DNA from: Gemmatimonadales bacterium
GTDB taxonomy: Bacteria; Gemmatimonadota; Gemmatimonadetes; Gemmatimonadales; GWC2-71-9
Length of the DNA stretch: 35,498 bases
NCBI GenBank assembly: GCA_035688895.1
Contig: DASSML010000079.1
Span: forward strand, 1 to 35,498
Direction of reading: 5' to 3'
The notes beneath the pieces were generated by a model. It did no database searches. It was not told where the DNA came from and worked only from the letters and a program-made list of their open reading frames with translations. This document shows, one piece after another, positions 1 to 5,906 of this stretch. How positions within the stretch are numbered: position 1 is the first letter of the stretch; each line of letters begins with the position of its first letter. Made by a program: the position numbers and the translations under genes.

Positions 1-533
1 GCGCGGTCGACCGAGAAGATGATGTCGAAGCTGGGAATCTTCTTCTCGATCAGACTCCACTCATCCACCCGGCGAGCGCCCTCGAGCAGCAGGAACTCGG
101 GATTGATCCGGACCAGGAGATCCTCCCGCTCCGGGCGGACGCCGGCCTCGAAGTTGAACGTCCCCGAGCTCCAGGTGAACAGGTAGTAGACCGCCTCCTC
201 GATCTGGTGCCGGACCCACTGCTCCAGCTCGGGACGCGCGATCGCTCCCTGCTCCACCAGGATCTCGCCCAGTTTGTGCTCCCGATCGTCGCGCTGCTGC
301 TCGATCGCGGCGGTGAGCTGCTCCGGTGTGATCCGGCCGCTCGCCACCATGATGTCGCCCAGGCGATCCCGGCGATTGACGATGGCGGCGAAGACGATGT
401 GCCCTTCGTCGAAATAGATGGTGCCGAAGTTGTGTCGATCGGCGAGCGCGAGACAGCCGGTGCGGCGACCCAGAAACAGCAGCTGGATCACGTCCGGAAG
501 GCTGGCTTCCTTGAGGCTGCCCTTGATCGCCAT
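1..533 (-). CDS. PATAN/DUF4388-domain protein, N-terminal ~177 aa (C-terminus lies beyond the window start)
   Basis: There is no stop in the window, so this ORF is absent from the track. Reverse-strand translation from ATG 533..531 reads MAIKGSLKEASLPDVIQLLFLGRRTGCLALADRHNFGTIYFDEGHIVFAA...GRITPEQLTAAIEQQ...GEILVEQGAIARPELEQWV...YYLFTWSSGTFNFEAG...LLLEGARRVDEW. This is colinear with the N-terminus of the 4854..5903 protein (LKELHIQDVFQLLDLGRKSGVLRV...GKITPEQLERA...FELLGWTEGYFRFEEG...LLMEAARRLDEW), the PATAN/DUF4388 pattern. The ATG overlaps the upstream TGA by 1 nt (TGATG at 531-535). Confidence 0.8.
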   Translation of the reverse strand, partial: MAIKGSLKEASLPDVIQLLFLGRRTGCLALADRHNFGTIYFDEGHIVFAAIVNRRDRLGDIMVASGRITPEQLTAAIEQQRDDREHKLGEILVEQGAIARPELEQWVRHQIEEAVYYLFTWSSGTFNFEAGVRPEREDLLVRINPEFLLLEGARRVDEWSLIEKKIPSFDIIFSVDR

Positions 534-2554
534 CAGCGCCACTCCTCCAGCAGGCGGTCGCCGATCTCGGGCCACTCCCACACGGTCTTCTCGCGGCTGC
601 GGGCGCCCCCGGCCGTAGGCGCGACGATCCCGCTGGACCGGCCCGGCCCGGACTTGCGCGGCGGTGGCGATGGCATGACTCCGTCGAGCACTTCGCGCGC
701 CAGCGCGGCCGTGGCGGGCTGCCCCCGGGCCTCCGCGGCGTTAAGGACCCGCTGTACCTGCGCCACGACGACGCGGACGGAGTCGGCAGGTCGGGAGGCG
801 AGATAGGTCGCGAGCTCGGGTTCGATCGTGCCCGGGCGGACCGAAAGCGTCTTCGCGACGACGACTTCCCGGACTTCGGGATCGGGCGCCGGAAGCTCGA
901 CCACCAGCCCGCCCTCCAGGCGGGTGCGGAGCCGCGGTTCCAGCCCTGCGATGGCCGCGGGCGCCGCAGCCGAGGTAAAGACGAGCTGGCGGCCCGACTC
1001 GACCAGAAGGTTGAAGAGGAGGAAGAGCTCTTCCTGGGTCCGGTCCTTCTCGCCGATGAGGTGCACGTCGTCCAGCAGCAGGGCGGTGCAGCGACGGTAG
1101 CGCTGTCGCCAGGCGCCCACCGTGTCGCGGTCGATCGCGTCGATCAGCTCGGCGGTGAACTCGGGCGCGCTGAGACAGGCCACCGGGCCGGTGCAGCGCT
1201 GCGCGAGCTGGTTGCCGATCGCATGGAGAAGGTGGGTCTTGCCCGCCCCGCCCCCGCCGACCAGGACGAGCGGGTTGTACCGCGCACCGGGTTCCTCGGC
1301 AACGACCCGCGCCGCCTGCAGGGCCACCCGGGCGCTCGATCCTTCGATGAGATCGGCCAGCTGCCAGATCGGAGAGGGCGCCGGTGGAGGCACCGCACCG
1401 TTCCGGGCCCGCAGCAGCAACGCCTCCGCCGAGGGAATGTCGGCAGGGTCGCGGAATGCCGGCGAGCCGGCCAGCTCCGGCGCCAGGTCCGCTGCCTCGG
1501 CCTCCATGGCCCTGAGCCGCTCCACGTCGCGCTCGAACCCGTGGACCGCCAGGTCCGCGTCGGGGGCCACCTCCGCGTCGAGCAACGCCTCGAGCCGACC
1601 GGTCCGATACCCTTCGCCCTGCCAGCGCAGGATGGCGGCGCCGATCTGGGCCCGCCACGCGTCCACCTGTTGAGCGACGGTGGCGTGGATCTCACTCAGA
1701 AAATCGGAAAACTCGTCCTTGTCGGCATTAGTGCGCTGGGACGGTACGGCGGCAGAGACGGCCGGCTCTGGCTCACTCGGCGCGCTCACGATCGCAGGCT
1801 CGGCGTCTCCGCTCGTGCCGCCGTCCAGCCGAACGGCCGTACCGCCGATGAGCTCCCGCGCTTCGGCCGGCGACATCGGGGCGTTACCCACCGCCTGGTG
1901 AGCGATCATCCGGTTGAGCGCGCCGAGCAGCTCGCGGACGTTGTCGATGTTGAGCCCGGCGACGGCCTCGAGCACCCCTTCGGCGAAGACCGCCCGGCGC
2001 TCCTCCGCCTTCCGCCGGAGGATGGCCACCCGGGTCTCGTAGTCCGGAGCGGCGACGTCGATAATGAGGCCGCCGGCGAAGCGCCGGATGAGCCGCTCGT
2101 CGAGGGCCTCGATCTCCGCGGGCGGCCGGTCACTGGTGAGCACGATCTGCCGATTCGCCGTCTGCAGCGCGTCGGTGAGGCGGAGCAGCTCGGCCTGCAT
2201 CTCCCGACGGTGGGTGAGGAACTGTACGTCATCGACGAGGAGGAGATCCACGTCGAGGAACCGCTTGCGATAGGCCTCGCCCTGACCCGCGGCGATGGCG
2301 GCGTGGAAGGCCTCGACGAACTCGTCGAGCGTGAGATACTCCACCGCGAGCCGCGGATTGATGGCCCGGGCGGCGTGTCCCACGCCCATCAGGAGGTGGG
2401 TCTTGCCCAGCCCCGGTCGGGCGTAGATGAACAGCGGGTTGTACACCGTGCCCGGGGCCTCGGCCACCGCCTTGGCGGCGGTGACCGCCAGGCGGTTGGC
2501 CGCTCCGACCACGAAGGTCTCGAAGCGGTAGAGGGGGTTGAGGGTGACCGTCAC
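533..2554 (-). CDS. Tandem DnaA-domain-III (Hda-like x2) AAA+ ATPase, 673 aa, without DnaA domains I/II or DNA-binding domain IV
   Basis: This is the internal GTG-started part of track ORF 533..3601. The GTG at 2554..2552 overlaps the mglA TGA (GTGA). Module 1 has LNPLYRFETFVVG, Walker A RPGLGKTHLL, Walker B LLLVDDVQF, sensor-1 VLTSDRPP, box VII DERLIRRFAGGL and NVRELLGALNRM. Module 2 has Walker A GGGGAGKTHLL, Walker B ALLLDDVHL, VFTSAAAP, EPRLRTRLEGGL and SVRVVVAQVQRVL. A helical linker of about 170 aa separates the modules. The C-terminal tail is Pro-rich and ends WEWPEIGDRLLEEWR. I see no DnaA domain IV helix-turn-helix signature. Confidence 0.8.
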   Translation of the reverse strand: MTVTLNPLYRFETFVVGAANRLAVTAAKAVAEAPGTVYNPLFIYARPGLGKTHLLMGVGHAARAINPRLAVEYLTLDEFVEAFHAAIAAGQGEAYRKRFLDVDLLLVDDVQFLTHRREMQAELLRLTDALQTANRQIVLTSDRPPAEIEALDERLIRRFAGGLIIDVAAPDYETRVAILRRKAEERRAVFAEGVLEAVAGLNIDNVRELLGALNRMIAHQAVGNAPMSPAEARELIGGTAVRLDGGTSGDAEPAIVSAPSEPEPAVSAAVPSQRTNADKDEFSDFLSEIHATVAQQVDAWRAQIGAAILRWQGEGYRTGRLEALLDAEVAPDADLAVHGFERDVERLRAMEAEAADLAPELAGSPAFRDPADIPSAEALLLRARNGAVPPPAPSPIWQLADLIEGSSARVALQAARVVAEEPGARYNPLVLVGGGGAGKTHLLHAIGNQLAQRCTGPVACLSAPEFTAELIDAIDRDTVGAWRQRYRRCTALLLDDVHLIGEKDRTQEELFLLFNLLVESGRQLVFTSAAAPAAIAGLEPRLRTRLEGGLVVELPAPDPEVREVVVAKTLSVRPGTIEPELATYLASRPADSVRVVVAQVQRVLNAAEARGQPATAALAREVLDGVMPSPPPRKSGPGRSSGIVAPTAGGARSREKTVWEWPEIGDRLLEEWR

Positions 2555-3153
2555 GCGACCGGCGTCCCCGCCGCGAGGCGCTTGAGCACCATCTCCGAGA
2601 TACCCCGCAGGGTCTCGAACACCCCCGTGCCGTGCAGCGAGTCGGCGCCGAAACTGGGGACCGCCCGGAAATTGAGGGCGTCGTCCATTTCGGCCGGGGC
2701 GAGGATGAGGTCGCTCGGCAGATCCTGCTTGTTGTATTGGAACACCACCGGCAGCTGCCGGACATCCACCCCTTCGCTCAACAGGTTGTCCTGCAGGTTC
2801 TGCAGGCTCTCGAGGTTGTCGTCGAAGCGGCGAGCCTGGCTGTCGGCCACGAACACCACACCGTCGGCGCCCTGGAGCACCAGCTTGCGGGTGGCGTTGT
2901 AGTAGCTCTGCCCGGGTACCGTGTAGAGCTGGAACTTGGTGGTGAACCCCGAGATGCTGCCCAGCTCGAGGGGGAGGAAATCGAAGAAGAGCGTGCGATC
3001 GGTCTGAGTCGCGAGCGAGACCATCCGTCCCCGTCGAGTCTCCGGCACGCGGCCATAGACGTACTGCAGGTTGGTCGTCTTTCCGGACCGTCCGGGCCCG
3101 TAGTAGACGATCTTGCAGGTAATCTCGCGCGCGGTGAAGTTGACCAGGGACAT
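2551..3153 (-). CDS. mglA: MglA, Ras-like small GTPase of the motility/polarity type
   Basis: The 200-aa ORF reads MSLVNFTAREITCKIVYYGPGRSGKTTNLQYVY...TDRTLFFDFLPLELG...LYTVPGQSYYNATRKLVLQGADGVVFVADSQ...FQYNKQDLP. It aligns along its whole length with Myxococcus xanthus MglA (P-loop GPGxxGKTT, TDRTLFFDF switch I with the intrinsic Arg, VPGQ, NKxD). ATG at 3153. Confidence 0.95.
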   Translation of the reverse strand: MSLVNFTAREITCKIVYYGPGRSGKTTNLQYVYGRVPETRRGRMVSLATQTDRTLFFDFLPLELGSISGFTTKFQLYTVPGQSYYNATRKLVLQGADGVVFVADSQARRFDDNLESLQNLQDNLLSEGVDVRQLPVVFQYNKQDLPSDLILAPAEMDDALNFRAVPSFGADSLHGTGVFETLRGISEMVLKRLAAGTPVA

Positions 3154-3156
3154 CGG

Positions 3157-3618
3157 CTACCGTCCGAAGAGCGCTTTGAGACTGGCATTGAGCTCGTGCT
3201 CGAAGTTCTCGGCCAGGGTCGGCCTCGCCGCCGCTTCGCGCGGCGCCACGGCCTCGAGCTCGCTCACCATCCGATTGAAGAACAGCTGCACGATCCCCAC
3301 CGAGGTCTCCGGCCCGAACACCACCAGCCCGATCCAACGGCCCCGCGGCGTGGCGAAGACGGAGAGCAGGCAGCTCTGCCGGGCCCCGTGATGTACCAGC
3401 GCCTCGAACCGGGTTCCTCCCATCAGCCGAGCCATCTCCTCGGTCGAGGCGACGATTCCGGCACCCAGTGCGGCCGCGGTCATGACATCGAGCGACCGGG
3501 CGAAGCCGTGCTGCGCGACGACCTGGCCCGAGGAGGTCATCAGCAGCGTGAGACGCGCCGCCGATTCGTCGAGAAAGGCCTGCAGCGGAAGCTCCACCCA
3601 TGGCTCGAGCGCGCGCAT
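3157..3618 (-). CDS. mglB: MglB, Roadblock/LC7-fold GTPase-activating protein (GAP) for MglA
   Basis: This 153-aa ORF lies immediately upstream of mglA (3-nt gap). The Roadblock core is LTLLMTSSGQVVAQHG...VMTAAALGAGIVASTEEMARLMGG..FEALVHHGARQSCLLSVF...IGLVVFGPETSVGIVQLFFNRMVSEL. The C-terminal extension ends NASLKALFGR, like the MglB Ct-helix. The ATG overlaps the upstream stop by 1 nt (TGATG at 3616-3620). Confidence 0.88.
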   Translation of the reverse strand: MRALEPWVELPLQAFLDESAARLTLLMTSSGQVVAQHGFARSLDVMTAAALGAGIVASTEEMARLMGGTRFEALVHHGARQSCLLSVFATPRGRWIGLVVFGPETSVGIVQLFFNRMVSELEAVAPREAAARPTLAENFEHELNASLKALFGR

Positions 3619-3965
3619 CAGCCGAGGCGTCCCGCGGCGTCGAGCATCTCGAGCCGCGCCAGGCCGATGTTGGCGTCCGGCCCCACGACCGCCACCAGTA
3701 CCAGATCGTTCGGCGCCGGCGCCGCGAGCAACGACCCCTGCTCCGCCCGCAGATGGACGAAGAGCGGCGATTCCAATCCAGCCGCGCCCGTGGTGCGGAG
3801 CAGCCGCCCCACCAGCGCCCCCGCGAGCGCCGCCGCGGCCCGACCGTCGACCCCGTCCATCAGCTGCTCGGCCACGACCAGCCCGTCACCGGCCGAGGCG
3901 AGCAGCGCGCCGCGCACGCCGGGCACCCGGGTGACCCGGTCCAGCACCATGGTCTCGGGGGTCAT
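3618..3965 (-). CDS. Stand-alone Roadblock/LC7-domain protein (MglC-like paralogue)
   Basis: The 115-aa ORF reads LDRVTRVPGVRGALLASAGDGLVVAEQL.GVDGRAAAALAGALVGRLLRTT...SPLFVHLRAEQGSLLAAPAPNDLVLVAVVGPDANIGLARLEM, a typical Roadblock pattern. It has an ATGA overlap with the upstream gene. Confidence 0.8.
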   Translation of the reverse strand: MTPETMVLDRVTRVPGVRGALLASAGDGLVVAEQLMDGVDGRAAAALAGALVGRLLRTTGAAGLESPLFVHLRAEQGSLLAAPAPNDLVLVAVVGPDANIGLARLEMLDAAGRLG

Positions 3966-4861
3966 GAGCCCCGCTCCAGCCAGCGGCGGGCGACTCGCGC
4001 GGCCCGCTCGGCCAGCAGACCCAGGCGAGCCATGGGCATCGATGGCTCCCGCGACGCCAGCAGGACGGTTTCCCCGCTCGGCGGCACCAGGACCAGGAAC
4101 GCGGCCGGAGTCTCGATGGCGATCGAGTGCCAGCTGCCGAGCCCGAGGAGCCGGGAAGCGCGGCCCGCCTCGCGCACGACTCCGCCGAGCTCCGCGGCAA
4201 CGCGGTCTCCCGCATCGCCACCGCCGGGCGCCGCGAGCGTGCCACCCAGGCGGAGGCCGTTCGCGTCGGCCAGGAGGAGGCCGCGCTCTCCGTCGCTGAA
4301 ATCGGCGAACGGTGAATCGGCCGAGGCGACCGGTGCCGGCTGCACGGCCGGAGGAACGGGTGTCGGGGCCTCCGCCGGCGCACTGGGCGCTGCCAGGGGA
4401 GCCATCGAGACCAAGCCCTGCGGAGCCGGCGGTCCCGCCTCGGGCGGTTCGCCCTGCCCCGCGATTGTGCGCTCCATCCGTGCGATCGCCGCCGGAATCG
4501 TGACATCGTCGGGATCGGCCTCCGCGGCGCGGGCGAGGTGCTCCAGCGCCGCCGGTACGTCGCCCGCGCGGAAGTAGAGGAAGGCGAGCCCCTTCAGCGC
4601 GCTGCTTCGCAGGGGATCGAGGCGGAGGGCGTCGGCCCAGGCGTCGAAGGCGCCGGCCAGGTCGCCCTGATCGCTCAGGATCCGCGCGACCAGGTCGTGG
4701 GCGTCGGCCAGCCCCGGGTAGCGGGACAAGCCGCCGCGCGCCACCTTGGCCGCCGCCTCGTACTGCCCCCGCCGCCGCAGAGCCTCGCCCAGCTCGAGAA
4801 AGGCGAGGCTGGTCGGCTCGTCGGCGAGGCGGGCGGTCAGGGCGCGGATGTCGTCACTCAC
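3962..4861 (-). CDS. TPR - Pro/Ala-rich linker - Roadblock/LC7 fusion protein
   Basis: A 299-aa ORF with a GTG start at 4861. The N-terminal ~125 aa are TPR-like (GEALRRRGQYEAAAKVARGGLSRYPGLADAHDLVARILSDQGDLAGAFDAWADALRLDP...GLAFLYFRAGDVPAALEHLARAAEADP). The linker is PPEAGPPAPQ...PTPVPPAVQPAP. The C-terminal ~110 aa are Roadblock-like (GLLLADANGLRLGG...AAELGGVVREAGRASRLLGLGSWHSIAIETPAAFLVLVPPSGETVLLASREPSMPMARLGLL). Confidence 0.75.
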   Translation of the reverse strand: MSDDIRALTARLADEPTSLAFLELGEALRRRGQYEAAAKVARGGLSRYPGLADAHDLVARILSDQGDLAGAFDAWADALRLDPLRSSALKGLAFLYFRAGDVPAALEHLARAAEADPDDVTIPAAIARMERTIAGQGEPPEAGPPAPQGLVSMAPLAAPSAPAEAPTPVPPAVQPAPVASADSPFADFSDGERGLLLADANGLRLGGTLAAPGGGDAGDRVAAELGGVVREAGRASRLLGLGSWHSIAIETPAAFLVLVPPSGETVLLASREPSMPMARLGLLAERAARVARRWLERGS

Positions 4862-5903
4862 GGTGACGCTCCAGCTCCCGCACCAGCGTGTGCACCGCCT
4901 GTCGCATCCGTTCCACCGACGTCTCCTCCGCCTCTTCCCCCGGCGCGCGGGGACCGAACCGGCTCCACGCGGCCCAGGACTCGAGCGCCCGGTCGAACCG
5001 GCCCATGGCCGCCTGGCACATGCCGAGCATCCGCCGCGCCTCGGGCATGAGCGGGTCCTGGCGCAGGACCTCCTCCAGCGCGCCGGCGGCGATTTCGTAC
5101 TCTCCCTGCGCGAGCGCCTCTCGGGCAGGGACCAGGAGCGCGGCCGGGTCGCGCCCGGTCTCCGGCTCGACGCCCGGCTGCGCGGGATCGCTCAGCACCA
5201 GCACCCCCGCCGTCGTGAGCCCGTACACCGTGCGCGCGACCTCGAACTCGGATCGGCCGAGGGCGTGCGCCAGCGCGTGGAGATCGCGCTCGCCGTCGAC
5301 CGCGGCCAGGACCTCCCATTCGAACGGGACCAGATCGAGCGGTGAGCCGGCGAGATCCTCGCTGGATGGCAGCCGGGGCACCAACCCGAGGTGCGCCACC
5401 GTCGAACCGATCCGGGACCACTCGTCCAGCCGTCGCGCCGCTTCCATCAGCAATGCTTCGGTGGGAAACCGGACCGGAGACTCCACCGCGGCGTGCCCTG
5501 GCGCTCCCTCCTCGAACCGGAAGTACCCCTCGGTCCAGCCGAGCAGCTCGAACACCGTCTCCTCGACCTGACCCTTGAGTTGTCGCTCGAGCTGCCGTCG
5601 ACCGATCGCGCCGAGGTCCACCAGGATGTCGCCCAGCCGGCGGGCATCGCCGGTGTTCTGCAGGTGCCGGGCGCGCTCGAGCTGCTCGGGCGTGATCTTG
5701 CCGTGCCGCACCAGGCGGGAGCCGATCGGCTGGTCGTCGCTCCCGAGCGAGGCCGCAACGACGCCGCCCCGGTCGAAGGAGACCGTCGCGGCGGCCTGGC
5801 GCAGCTCCGACGTCACCCGCAGCACCCCACTCTTCCGGCCGAGGTCGAGCAGCTGGAAGACGTCCTGGATGTGCAGCTCCTTGAGCGGACCTTCGAGCGC
5901 CAC
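4854..5903 (-). CDS. PATAN/DUF4388-domain protein with C-terminal TPR region
   Basis: A 349-aa ORF with a GTG start at 5903. The N-terminus is MALEGPLKELHIQDVFQLLDLGRKSGVLRVTS...FDRGGVVAA...GKITPEQLERARHLQ...LGDILVDLGAI...FELLGWTEGYFRFEEG (PATAN with its helical insert). The middle region FEWEVLAAVDGERDLHALAHALGRSEFEVARTVYGLTTAGVL looks like a winged helix. The C-terminus is TPR-like (AREALAQGEYEIAAGALEEVLRQDPLMPEARRMLGMCQAAMGRFDRALESW). Confidence 0.85.
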   Translation of the reverse strand: MALEGPLKELHIQDVFQLLDLGRKSGVLRVTSELRQAAATVSFDRGGVVAASLGSDDQPIGSRLVRHGKITPEQLERARHLQNTGDARRLGDILVDLGAIGRRQLERQLKGQVEETVFELLGWTEGYFRFEEGAPGHAAVESPVRFPTEALLMEAARRLDEWSRIGSTVAHLGLVPRLPSSEDLAGSPLDLVPFEWEVLAAVDGERDLHALAHALGRSEFEVARTVYGLTTAGVLVLSDPAQPGVEPETGRDPAALLVPAREALAQGEYEIAAGALEEVLRQDPLMPEARRMLGMCQAAMGRFDRALESWAAWSRFGPRAPGEEAEETSVERMRQAVHTLVRELERHRE

Positions 5904-5906
5904 CGG

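Noticed and set aside
1360-1375. A beta-clamp-binding motif (Hda-like QLxLxL) at IWQLADLIEG, at the start of the second DnaA-like module.
   Set aside because: QLADLI does not fit the QL[SD]LF or QLxLxL consensus at the key hydrophobic positions. It is also internal rather than N-terminal.
533-2554. The possibility that the DnaA-like gene marks the chromosomal replication origin (dnaA/oriC).
   Set aside because: There is no domain IV DNA-binding region and no dnaN, recF or gyrB neighbour. There is no intergenic AT-rich unwinding element, and I found no TTATCCACA-type DnaA boxes by eye. The gene is embedded in an operon by overlapping stop/start codons on both sides.
533-3601. Over-long track ORFs that suggest giant fusion proteins. 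Examples are 533..3601 (1022 aa), 13463..15118 (551 aa), 17031..18518, 18373..19869, 25371..26609, 11464..12279, 19110..21665 and 27233..30640.
   Set aside because: In each case only the C-terminal part has recognisable family sequence. The N-terminal part runs out of frame across the upstream gene as Arg/Pro/Gly-rich sequence. A proper internal ATG or GTG sits exactly at, or overlapping, the upstream gene's stop, so I trimmed to those starts.
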